A stretch of 64,000 nt of DNA from Azolla caroliniana (Eukaryota > Plantae > Polypodiophyta), in NCBI GenBank assembly GCA_043228905.1, contig JBHGNT010000008.1:8060001-8124000 (forward strand), in the 5' to 3' direction. Both the position numbers and the translations under genes were made by a program. Under the pieces are notes generated by a model. It had not been told where the DNA came from, ran no database searches, and saw only the letters and a program-made list of their open reading frames with translations. Shown here one piece after another: positions 23,444 through 35,826 of the stretch. Each line of letters starts with the position of its first letter. Positions within the stretch are counted from its first letter, which is position 1.

Positions 23444-26092
23444 CCGGTAAGGATCAATTCTACGATGAGCAGACCCAACTGGCAAGAGACCGGTTAGCAC
23501 TCGAGGAACCAGCCGGTTACGGTGAGGATACCGAACCGACAGAAGAAGAAGTAGAGGAAGCTGAAATCGGAACCGACCAAGACCCCGAATCGGATTCGGA
23601 TGAAGAACAAATGGAGGAGCTGGTTACCGAAGCCCAAAGACGGAGATATCCTCTTAGAGAGAGAAGGCCCCCCTAGAGATTTCCGGATGCAGAGCATGTG
23701 CTGCTAACCGATGAGGCGGAGCCAAAAAGCTTTGAAGAAGCGAAGGATGACACCCACAACCGAAAATGGTTAAGTGCCATGCAAGATGAAATGGATTCCC
23801 TGCATGAGAACCATACGTACGAATTGGTGGAGTTGTCGAAAGGAAAGTGGGCACTCCGGAACAAGTGGGTGTACAAGTTGAAACCGGGAGATGCCGGCAA
23901 CCCCCCGAGATACAAAGCCAGGATCGTGGTAAAGCGGTTCCAACAGAAGAAGGGCGTGGACTTCGACAAGATATTTTCCTTGGTAGTAAAGATGACCTCC
24001 ATCTGGACGGTGCTGAGTATAGCGGCAAGCATGGACCTCGAGGTAGAGCAGCTAGACGTGAAGATGACATTCCTTCACGGTGACCTCGAAGAGGAGATCT
24101 ACATGCAGCAACCGGAAGGATTCGTGGAGAAGGGGAAGGAGCACCTGGTGTGCCGATTGAAGAAGAGCCTGTACGGACTGAAGCAAGCTCCTCGACAATG
24201 GTACCGGAAGTTCGACTCCTTCATGACCAATCAAGGGTACCACAAGACGCAGGCCGATCACTGCGTGTTTGTGAAGAAGTTCGAAGGAGGCGACTTCCTA
24301 ATACTCCTTTTGTACGTGGACGACATGTTGATTGTCAGACGGGACCAAGCTAAAATACGGATGTTGAAGAAGGCTCTCAACCGAACCTTCGCGATGAAAG
24401 ACTTGGGTCCTGCAAGACAGATGTTGGGGATGCATATCATCCGGAACCAGCCAGCGAAGCAACTGTGGCTGTCACAGGAGAAATACGTGACAAAGGTGCT
24501 TCAGCGGTTCAATGTGTCAGATGCGAAACCGGTTGGATCGACACTTCCGACAAACTGCAGGTTATCCGGTAAGCAAAGCCCGAAGACGAAAGTAGAGAAG
24601 GCGGATATGATGAAGGTTCCATATGCCTCTGTTGTCGGGAGCTTAATGTACGCAATGGTGTGTACTTGACCAGGTATTTGATACGCAGTCGGAGTGGTGA
24701 GCCAGTTTATGAGCAATCCCGGCAACGAGCATTGGAACGCGGTCAAATGGATGCTCCGGTACTTGAAGGGCACTTCGGACATGTGTCTCCGATTCGGCTC
24801 CGGTAAACCTCAACTTGACGGTTTTACCGATTCGGACATGCTGGCTGATGTGGATACTAGCCGGTCCACATCTGGGTATGTAATGACATATGCAGGGGGA
24901 GCTGTTTCGTGGCAGTCGACGTTGCAGAAGACGGCTGCATTGTCAACCACGAAGGCGGAGTACATGGTGGCTATGGAAGCCGGCAAGGAAATATTGTGGA
25001 TGAAGGACTTGATCGGAGAGCTCGGTATCAGGCAAGATGAATATCGGCTCTTCTGCGACAGTCAAAGTGCCATCCACCTTGCTAAAAATGCGGCCTACCA
25101 TTCCCGGACGAAGCATATCCAACGAAGGTATCACTGGATCCGGTAAAGAGTAAATGACCAGGAGTTCACGCTAATGAAGATACACACGGCCGAGAACGGG
25201 TCAGATATGTTGACCAAAGTACTGATACCCGACAAGCTGGATGCATGTCGAATGCGGATCGGACTAGTAGGACATCCCATGCCAGAGTGAAGGGGGAGTT
25301 TGTTAGGAAACAGGTCCCTCCGGATGGTGAAGACCCGGTGAGAACCGGATGAAGAGTACCCGGCTACGGAGAGCCGGATGGTGAAGACCCGGTGAGAACC
25401 AGATGAAGAGTACCCGGCTATGGAGAGCCGGATGGTGAAGACTCGGTGAGAACCGGATGAAGAGTACCCGGCTACGGAGAGCCGGATGGTGCAAACCTGG
25501 TGAGAACCGGATGAGGAGTACCCGGCTACGGAGAGCTCGATGGTGCAGACCCGGTGAGAACCGGATGAAGAGTACCCGACTACGGAGAGCTGGATGGTGC
25601 AGACCCTGTGAGGAATGCTCACCAGATGAAGAGACATATTCGTAAATATGTTTCTGAGAGTCCATCGTGGCTATATTGGTAAATAGCCGAAAAGTCATAT
25701 TAGTATAAATATGACTTAGGGCAAACTTTTTTTTGTGTTGTTGTCATTCTTGTTTGCATAAGATTAGAGCGTGCAACTGTGTACAGAGAGAGTGAGAGAG
25801 AGGAAGAGGTTGTTGCCTCTGTTGTAATCGCCACCTGTGGCGAAGATAGCAAGCTCGAGGTCGTGGCCTCGGTGTTTTCTTATTGTACATTCTAACATAG
25901 TGATAGTTTGCGGTCTATGGGATGCCGTGGTTTTTCCCGAGTTTGGGTTTTCCACGTAAACATCCTGTGTACTCTTCTCTCTTCACTGTGTTGTGCATTC
26001 ATTCCTTGTTTTCTGCGTTTTATTCTAGGCTCAGTTGTGGCCGAGCGTTGTTCATCGAGAGCGTGTAGTTCCTTTCACGTTTTCGGTGAAAG
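23444..26092 (+). mobile_element. Ty1/copia 3' remnant (RT 23698-24669, RNase H 24694-25146, PPT ~25286-25299, 3' LTR from 25301 with 54-bp tandem repeats)
   Basis: QLDVK..YGLKQAPRQW..LLYVDDM, Tnt1-like RNase H (DSD..STSGY..CDSQSA), GAAGGGGGAG PPT then TGTTAGGAAAC; nonsense codons present. Confidence 0.9.
25319..25610 (+). repeat. About 5 copies of a 54-bp tandem repeat inside the copia LTR
   Basis: CGGATGGTGAAGACCCGGTGAGAACCGGATGAAGAGTACCCGGCTACGGAGAGC units; the same family recurs at 55535-55845. Confidence 0.9.
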
Positions 26093-26833
26093 GTAAAGGG
26101 AACGCGTCTGTAATGGTTACGGGGTTCAATTTCTGGTAGTCCACGCACACACGTATTTTGCCATTTTTCTTTGGTACGACTACTATCGGGCTTAGCCATG
26201 TAGCTTGCTTGATTGGTCGAATGAATCTGGCCTTGAGAAGTTTGTCAATTTCCTCTTTTACACGAGCCGTGTAATTTGGATTCCTGCGGTATCGACGTTG
26301 CTAGACTAGTTTCGCATCGGTCGCTAAATTGATATTATGTTGATAGAACTTCGGATCTAATCCCTTCATGTCCTCCTGGGACCAAGCAAACACATCTTTA
26401 TACTTCCTGAGCAATGCTATCATCGCCTCTCTCTGATCCGGTAGTAACTCTTTTGAGATAGAGAGGAATCGGGGGTCTGACCTCGTACCTACGTTCACTT
26501 CTTCTAGGGCTGAGGTAGCGACTCGTCGTGAAATTTCCATTTCCTTCTCGAATCTCAACCGTGCTCTGCTTAATTCTAATATCGACTCTGGGTCTGGTTC
26601 ATAAGCCTCGTCGTGCAGCGCAGTAGGCGTGGCGTAATGCGCCACAGTTTCTATTACGTCGATTTCGAATAACGGAATGATTCGGGGGTGCTCGTCGAGG
26701 TATGCTTCTAATTCGGTATCATCCACACCATCCAACATATTTATATCTTCCACATATAACGGTGCTATACCCTTGGGTTGTGCCACCATTTCCTCTGTGG
26801 GTACGCGAACCTTGGTGCGTCCACATCGAAAAC

Positions 26834-29800
26834 TATTGAGTGACAAGCTCAACATTGAATGCATAATACGGTGTGTAACCCAGTGCATAGACTGGGTGTG
26901 TAAAATAGTACGCATAACCTGGCCGTATCGGTGCGTAAACCGGAACGTCGTTAGTACGGTATTCCTCGTAAGGAATAATTTTGGGAGTTAGTGTAGTAGG
27001 CTCATTTATGAGCATTCAAGTATGATCAGTACTTGTGTCAGCCCGATAGTTAGGGCTTGTATAAAAGGTGCTCACTCAGCATGGTGTATGTACAGAATAC
27101 AGAGCATTATTTCTGAATCTGAGTTTCTGTTATTTGCTCACTCTATCTCTCCCCCTCCATATCCATCTCTATGTTTTCTATGTTTTACCGAACTGTCTTA
27201 TTCTCCCGAACTGTGTACTCCGTGTTTACGAACGTATTAGAGCGCGAGGGTTGAGAACCTCTGTAGCCGACAAGAAAAGTTTTTGACGAAACAAAGTTGA
27301 AGTTGTTCGCTTTCGGAGAAGAAAAAGACAGTACTATGGATAGAGGAATGGGAAGCTCACTTCCGACTGAAAAGCTTGATAGAAGCAACTACGCATCTTG
27401 GTCTTATAAGATGCACCAGTACCTGCTTGGTCACGGCTACTAGAGTTATGTCGAAGGAGCAAACGATGTGGCACTCGACTTGACACACAGGGATTATCTG
27501 GCTTGGGAACAAGCGGCAACCTGTATTGCTTCGCGTCCTGTGCGAGCGATCAGCTTTTGAGCTATATTCGGGATGCCAAGACGCTGAAGGATGCGTGGGT
27601 GAATCTCAAAAGGATTTTCGCCGCCAACACAATGGCGAGAAAGTTGCAGCTCAGACAGGAGCTCAGCAATGTATGACAAAGAGATATGTCGGTGGCTGAT
27701 TACACCACCAAGATCAAAGAAATCTGCGATTCTCTCGCCTTCGTCAACGTGAACGTTGAGGCAGATGAAATGGTGCAGTTTTGTCTTGGTGGCTTGGCGT
27801 CAAAGTTCAGACCATTCCGAACGGCAGTCTGCACAAGGGAGATTACGCCTTCGTTTTTCGAGCTTCAGTCAATGTTGCTCGTAGAAGAAAACCACGTAGG
27901 TGCATCGACAAGTGCGCACGTCGATGGCAAGATGCTTTACACGGAGGATGATAAGCCCCGTGGTCATGGTGAACGAAGCGGATCAGCGCGCAATGGAGGC
28001 GGCCGAATAGAGCAGAATGTACGACATAATCGAGATGCCGGAAGCAATTCCGAACCCTCCGCAAGCAGGGGGAGTCATGGCGGCGTCGGAAGACAACAAG
28101 AGAAGACCGTGCTGGATTGCTGGTACTGTGGCAAGAAAGGCCACAAGGAGTGCGACTGCTAGAAAAAGCGAGCCGATTCAGAAAAAGCCAGATCGAGCCG
28201 AAGAGACGCAGAGAGGCGTCAGAGATCGCACTACGCAGAAGACTCTAAACGAGCCAGAAATCGAGCGGGCCTTGCCTTCGTAATGAAGCATAAAGCCAAT
28301 TCAATGGTCGTGACACCTCAAAATCGAGCGAGGTGTGGTATGTGGATTCCGGAGCGTCAAATCATATGACGAGCCATGAGGAATCATACTTGAAGAAGCC
28401 GGAATCACGAGGGGTTGTCAAAACGGGAGATGACACCCCGCATACCATCGAACATGTCGGCGAAGTTCCCCTCAGCCACGTCGGGCAGAAAGGGAAGCTA
28501 ATGAATGTGTTGCACGTCCCGACGATAACAAAGAACCTTGTGTCGGTCGGATAGATCATAGACCAAGGTATGCAAGTTCGATTCACGCATCTTGGCCGCT
28601 TCATCGAAGAGGAAGGCAATGCCGACCTTGATGAAATCCGCCGCATGGTCTCAGTTTGCGGCATCGTTTGAAATGAAGGATCTCGGAGACCTTCATTACT
28701 TCCTCGGGATCAAAGTAATCCGTACCCCCTAAAGGCATATTGATCAGTGTAGAAAGTAGCGTGCGGAAGCAGGTATGAAGACAGAACAGAGGAAGGAAAC
28801 ACAGGTTCAATGGAGAGCTTGGACTTACACGGTATATGCAGGAGAGACAGAGAGAGTAGACACAAACAACTAAATTCAACAATAATACTTAGTCTGTACA
28901 TAAGACGTGCTCAGTGAACACTTTTATAAAAGTCCTGGAAGGACTGACCGAAGTACTGACAATACTTCAATGCTCATTAAGAGCTCCTACACTAACTCCC
29001 AAATATATTCCTTACGGAATATCTTTCCTAACGACCTCCCGGTTTACGCACTCGGCCTAACCGATCGGTCCCAACCGATCCGGTCCTCGGCTTCTTCAGC
29101 CGATACGGCCGATGTTGAGCTTGTCTCTCAACACTCCCCCTCAAGCTCAACTTGAGGTTCTTCGGGATCTTCACAGCACCGGTTCCTCCTGGCTTGTCGC
29201 CTCGCTCGCGATCCTCGACCTGTTCGACTCCGTGAGCTTTGACCCTTCCGGTTGGCTTGTATGCTCATGCGGCCCTTATCAACTCTTCTGCTGTTGCGGT
29301 GTCGACGCTTCTCCTGCTGCCTTTTCTTCCGCTTGGGCCTCGATTGATTCAGCGTATCTGAATCAAACATCCGAACCGACTCGGCTACCTCCGATCGGTT
29401 TTCGCTCTCATCCGAGTTGGCTGTGTCCAACTCGTCTTTGGTCTTATGGCCCTCGATGGCGTCATCTCCCCTATGCGTGGTTGGCTTCGGCTCTCTCCTT
29501 CGGTTGCTCCCCTTTTGTCCTCTTCCGAACTTTTCCGCGGGTCCGCCCTCGGCTTCTTCAGCTGATCCGAAGTTGCCCTCGGCCTCTTCAACCTATCCGT
29601 CTTCAAACGAGTCAACCGACTCGGTGTCGCGGTCTCCGCTCCTTTCCTGCTGCTTTGCTTGGTCGTTCAGGACTGTTCTCCCCCTCAAGTTCGGCACGTC
29701 AAGGTGACGCAATCTGAGCGCACTTGAGAATTCCCGCAACTTGTCCAGGCTAAGAGGCTTGGTGAAGATGTCGGCAGCTTGCCGATCCGTCGGAACGTAC

Positions 29801-32800
29801 TGAAGTTTGACTTCACCGGAAAGGACATGCTCACGGACGAAATGGTAGTGCACTTCAATGTGCTTGGTCCGTGCGTGGAAGACGGGGTTCTTCGCGAGTT
29901 GGATGCTGCCGAGGTTGTCGCAGTAGATCGTCGTTGGATCAGACACCTCCTCTTGCAGGTCCTTAAGTAGCCGCTTCAACCATATGGCTTCGCATGTCGC
30001 GACAGCCGCTCCTCGGTACTCCGCTTCAGTGCTCGACAGTGCAACTGTCGGCTGCTTCTTACTGCTCCACACGATCACAGCACTCCCAAGCGAGAACGCG
30101 TATCCAGATGTGGATTGGCGATCAGCGGCGTTGCCAGCCCAATCAACATCGGTGTAGCCGACTAACTGCAAGGCTGCACCGGTCCGATATAGTAGTCCTC
30201 GGTTCTTAGTGCCACTTACGTACCGCAGTACGCGTTGAGCACACTGAAGGTGCTCCTCGGTAGGTCGCGCCATGAACTGACTGATCACCCCGACCGGGTA
30301 ACTGAGGTCGGGTCGGGTGATGGTCAAGTATATGAGGCTTCCGACAATTTGTCGGAACCTTGTCGGGTCGCATACCTTTCCCGTATCGGGACGAAGCTTG
30401 ACGGTTCTGTCCAGAGGAGTCGAGATGGACTGACAGTCGGCCATCCCGAATTTGAAGAGCATACTCAGCACGTAATGACGTTGGCTGATCAATATGCCTT
30501 CGGGGGTACGGATCACTTCGATCACGAGGAAGTAATGAAGGTCCCCCAGATCCTTCATGTCGAACGATGCCGCAAGTTAGAGCTTCACGCGGTCGATTTC
30601 ACCTAGGTCGGCGCCGGTGATGACCAAGTCATCAACATATAGTAAAATACTAACCGGTCCGTGGCGACCTTTCTGGATCAACAGGGAAGAGTCCGATTTA
30701 GACGTGACGAAGCCCATCCGACGCAGTTGTTGCGTGATCTTCGTGTTCCAGGCACGCAGGGCTTGCTTTAGTCCGTAAAGGGACTTCTTCAATCGGCATA
30801 GTGCCGAGGAGTTCGTTCCGGAGTGAAATCCGGGGGGCTGTACCATGTACACCTGTTCCTCAAGGTCACCTTCAGTGCCACCCCTTGGCCGCGGCTACTG
30901 CGAACCAAACACGGACGGTCATCATTTTTGCGACCGGCGCAAATGTCTCATCGTAGTCGATGCCGTGTTTTTGCGCGTAGCCCTTTGCCACTAGTCGAGC
31001 CTTGTACCGGTTGACCGAGCCATCGGTGTTGTACTTGACTTTGTACACCCACCTACACCCGATCGGCTTCACACCCTTCGGTGCGTCAACCAGGTCCCAG
31101 GTCTCGTTCTCTGCCAATGCGTGCATCTCTTCCTCCATCGTGGCACGCCAATTCGCGTCCTTCGCCGCTTTTGCGTAGCTCTCCGGCTCACGCACTTCCG
31201 ATACACGGGTCATGTATGCATAATGATGCGCCATGTACTCGTTGTATCCGAACAGCACAACTGGGTTCTTTTGGCGGGTAGATCGGCGTAATCTCACATC
31301 AGCCGATGTCGAGGCCATCGGCGCTGTTTCCGGAACCGGTTCTCTCCAAATCGGCGCGCTTCTTCCAGCACTCGCTTTGCCTGTGGCCTTTCTTGCCACA
31401 GTACCAGCAGTCCGCGATGGCCTTCCCTTGCCGGTTCTCATCGCTTCGACTCCCCCTATTTCCGGAGGGTCCAGAGTTGCTGTCGTCATCACTTCGGTGC
31501 AATCTTCCTTGATCTCGTCGGCCGCCTCCATTGCGCGCCGGCTCGCCTCGTCCTCCACGCCCACGAAGCCTATCTTCCTCCGTGTACATCATTCTGCTGT
31601 CAGTGTGCGTGCTCGTCGACGCACCCGCGTGGTTCTCCTCTACCAGGAGCATCGACTGTAAGTCGAAAAAGGACGGCGTATTCTCCCGGGTACACATAGT
31701 CGTTCGGAACGCTCCGAACTTCGACGCCAAACCTCCGAGACAGATCTGGACCATCTCGCTCTCCTCGATGTTCACCTCTATGGAGGCGAGGGAGTCGCAG
31801 ATATCCTTGATCTTCGAGGTATAGTCCACCACCGACAAGTCGCGTTGTCGTAGGTTGCTCAACTCCTGTCGGAGCTGAAGCTTCCTGGCTGTGGTGCTCA
31901 CGGCGAAAATCTTCTTCAGATTTTCCCACGCACCCTTCGGCGTCTTTGCATCCCGAACACGACGGGAAGTCTCTGTGTGTCGATTCGGGTGCCGCGTCAT
32001 TAGCTCCTTCGATATAACTCCAGTAGCCGTGCCCGAGTAGGTACTGGTGCATCTTGTAGGACCAAGACGCGTAGTTGGTTCTGTCGAGCTTCTTTGTTGG
32101 AAGCGAGCTCGCCATGCCTCTATCCATCGTTCTTCTTGTTCTTCTTCATCAAGCTGTGTCGGCTGCAGAGAGGTTCTCAACCCTCGTGCTCTGATACCAT
32201 GTAGAAAGTAGCGTGCGGAAGCAGGTATGAAGACAGAATAGAGGAAGGAAACACAGGTTCAATGGAGAGCTTGGACTTACACGGTATACGCAGGAGAGAC
32301 AGAGAGAGTAGACACAAACAACTATATTCAACAATAATACTCAGTCTGTACATAAGACATCCTCACAAAACCTCTTGGTCTCGACTAGTTACGACATTTC
32401 TCGAGTGCGCTTGGGTTGCGTCAACTCGACACGCCGAACTTGAGGGGGAGAGAGGAAGATCAGGGACCAGAGGAAGGTCAAGGACCATAGTGTGAAAGGA
32501 GCGGAGGTAAGCATCACGACGGAAGTGACCGAGATGCGGAGTCAGATGGAGAATTCGACTTCGAACCGGCTGAAGAAACCGAAGACGGAAGCAAGGGTCG
32601 TAAGCATAAGAAGGAGCCGAGGACAACGGGAATAGGGGGAGATAAGGCCAAGACTAAGACGTGGTCAGATGTTGTCAGGGGCCTGAAGACCGAGGACGAA
32701 TTGGAGACAGCCAACTCGGACGAGATCGTAAACCGATCGGAGGAAGCCGAGTCGGTTCAGATGTTTGATTCGGATACACTGAATCAACCAAGGACCAAGC

Positions 32801-33648
32801 GGAAGAGAAGGCAGTAGAAGAGGCGCCAACACTGCAACAACAAGGAAGCTGAGAAGGGCCGTGTGAGCCGACAAACCGACCGAAAGGGTCGAAGCACGCG
32901 GAATCGAACAGGTCGAGGAGCGCTAGCAAGGCGTGGAGCTAGGAGAAGCCGGAGCGTAGGTCCGGCGGAGCAGGCAGAACCTCAAGTTGAGCTCTAGGGG
33001 GAGTGTTGAGTGACAAACTCAACATTGAGGGCATAATACGGTGCGTAACCCAATGCGTAGACTGGCGGTGTAAAATAGTACGCATAACCTGGCCGTATCG
33101 GTGCGTAAACCGGAAGACCGTTAGTATGGTATTCCTCGTAAGGAATAATTTTGGGAGTTAGTGTACTAGGCTCATTTATGAGCATTCAAGTACGGTCAAT
33201 ACTTGTGTAAGCCCGATTGTGAGGGCTTGTATAAAAGGTGCTCATTAAGCACGGTGTATGTATAGAATACAGAACATTATTTCTGAATCTGAGTTTCTAT
33301 TATCTGCTCACTCTGTCTCTCCCCCTCCATATCCATCTCTGCGTTTTCTGTGTTTTACCGAACTGTCTTATTCTCCCGAACTGTGTACTCATTTATGAGC
33401 ATTCAAGTACGGTCAATACTTGTGTAAGCCCGATAGTCAGGGCTTGTATAAAAGGTGCTCATTAAGCACGGTGTATGTACAGAATACAGAGCATTATTTC
33501 TGAATCTGAGTTTCTATTATCTGCTCACTCTGTCTCTCCCTCTCCATATCCATCTCTGCATTTTCTGTGTTTTACCGAACTGTCTTATTCTCCCGAACTA
33601 TGTACTCTGTGTTTAAGCACACACTTCCGCACAACGTATTATTTTACA
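26834..33648 (+). mobile_element. Degenerate Ty1/copia element A (5' LTR 26834-~27232, gag-PR 27337-28620, internal deletions, 3' LTR 33004-33648 with internal duplication)
   Basis: Homologous LTRs; 5-bp TSD AAAAC at 26829-26833 and 33649-33653; [14 protein letters not shown]; WYVDSGASNHMT; PPT before 33004. Confidence 0.88.
28748..32360 (-). mobile_element. Ty1/copia element B nested in A, internally deleted (no PR or IN); 3' LTR 28748-29133, truncated 5' LTR 32200-~32360, PBS tRNA-iMet 32188-32199
   Basis: TGGTATCAGAGC PBS; gag zinc knuckle joined directly to the pre-RT region at ~31315; RT LYVDD and RNase H ORF 29593-30558. Confidence 0.88.
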
Positions 33649-35778
33649 AAAACTGTTGCACTTATGTTGCCAACTCTGTTTGATATTCGCCAAACGAAGC
33701 TAAGGTCTGCCGAGTAGCATAGGATACACTCCTAGGGCGTCGACGGCGAGGACTACCACGGAGATGTCGAAGGGAGGTCTGCCGATGATGATGCCTAATT
33801 TTCGGATTAAGCATCAAGGCCTTACTGAGTGGGTATCCACCATGCGAAGCCAAAACAAACAAGCTTCCCATTCTGAAATTCCCAATTGTTCGCATGTCTT
33901 CGCACTAATTACGTTGACGCCAGAGCCTCCATCTATTACGCTGTCATGAAGATCCGTCACTACACACGAATCGTGAGGCTGAACCGCCAGGGTACTGAAC
34001 CGGAAGGACTCGAAGTTGGCGCTAGCTTTAGCGAGAAAGGATTTAAGATAGATTAAAAGAGAGAGAGATTTTAACGCTCGACTTTGGGTCGAGAGAGACT
34101 GATATGGCGTGAGAGAGATAGAGAGAGATTAAGTTTGGACCCATCAATTGGAGAACGAAATTTTCTTCTTCTTAAATTCTTGAATAATACACCACATCTT
34201 TTGATCCTTTTCATCCATCCTTTAATAGACGCACCCATGCATATGATGCATGTGAGGGTACAAGTCATGCATACAATGCATGGAATGCATGTGATGCATG
34301 TTTGCCATTTGGCGCTCATGCATCACATCTCACTCAATTAAGCTCTAATATGAGAATTTACATGTAAAACTATAATGATAGGAAAAATATTTATAAAGAA
34401 ATGATATAACTTAGTGGTAAGTCTATAGACTCTCAATGTAGAGGTGCAAGGATCAAGTTTTCACTTGCACTCCTTTTGAACACACACACACACACACATA
34501 TATATATAAGTTTTTTATTATTAATGTATTTTTACAAGGCATTTCTCCGTTCGATCGTCGTCTCGTCATGCTCCGTCGGTCGCGGTCGCCGGGTGATGTC
34601 GGATGCCGGATCCTGCCGGTCGCCATCATTGGATACCGTCGGACACCGTTGGTTGCCGTCGCCGGACTCGTCCAAAATACATAGTCATATGCATTTGGCT
34701 ACATCCATTCGTTAAGTCATACAACTTAACCTTTTTATGCTACACATAGACACAAAGGTAATAGCTTTTGCTCTGTCTTATATATGGTGGGTTCCTTATT
34801 TGTCCTGTCTATGTGGGATATCACATATTTTTCTCTTCTTCTTTGTAAATTTAATACCCACATAACTTGACACTTAGATGTTCGTTTCCTATGTAGTGAA
34901 GTACATTCAGAAGCTCTTCAAGACCTCCATCTTTTTGTACCAAGATATTAAACTTATTTAAAATAGTATCTTTACTATTATTGTTTTATATTTCGTAAGA
35001 AGAGCCACGCTCGATTTCGTATGTTTCTTACAAGTTTCACACTATTGCTGAAAATCTTCACGACATCCACCCCCACCAAACCGCACGTCCTCCGGTACGT
35101 GCCAAGAAGAGAGAGTGCAAGATTTCAGTGATAGTGATCAATCAAATTCTTCCATGTCTTCATTCACATCCGTTGTAGTATCTTCATCGTCGAGGTGATC
35201 GAGGTCAAGATCCTCGTCTTGTCTTTTCTTGAAAACCTTTACTCTTTTTCCCGCAATGGGTATGGCCAACCTTGATCCATCTAGCTCCGAAAGGTGGTAT
35301 GTTGCATTGTCTGTTACTCGGACCCGGACAGTCAGTTTTACCGAACAGGTGGGAAAGCGTCGAAAAACAGAGTCGGTTCGGATCGACTGTTCGGATCAAT
35401 GACTCAGCAGTAAAACGAAGAGAACTAAGTTAGTTAGATAATTTTGTAAATCTTGTTAGAGAGTAGGAATAGTTCTTGATGAGAAAAGACCTTCGGTATA
35501 CCTATAAAAGGGAACCAAAGGCATTGTAAGAAGGGTCGTTTTATTTAGTAATATAAGTTTAAGTTAGGAATATCTTGTACGGATTCTGTGTTTCTCTGTT
35601 GTCTATGATCTTAAGTGCAAGCTTCCTAATTTATAGCTAAATAACGATCACGATAATTACCTATTGATCTAGCAATTCCGTTCGTAAAACACAATTCCTT
35701 GTTAGAACGTTGAGGAGCGACGTTCACTCTTCTGTATCGGTAGTAGTTAGTAATTAGCCGATTAACACAGAAGAATTT

Positions 35779-35791
35779 TGGCACGCCCGGT
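35779..35791 (+). promoter_or_regulatory. Primer-binding site, probably tRNA-Arg(UCU)
   Basis: TGGCACGCCCGGT is complementary to the recalled plant tRNA-Arg 3' end ..ACCGGGCGUGCCA; lies 11 nt after the LTR. Confidence 0.75.
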
Positions 35792-35826
35792 TACATCTGC
35801 AATTAAGCAGAGAACAATTCGAATGG

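Larger units (their letters stand above)
26093..33950 (-). mobile_element. Remnant of a non-chromovirus-type gypsy element (protease 33654-33950, linker/RT start 26093-26833), split by a copia insertion
   Basis: DxGSGVNVI..TCEQLGISEWEAC..IKQSWQH joins across the AAAAC TSD to FRCGRTKVRVPT..YKDVFAWS..WLSPIVVVPKKNGKIRVCVDY; homologous to the 35827-41316 polyprotein. Confidence 0.85.
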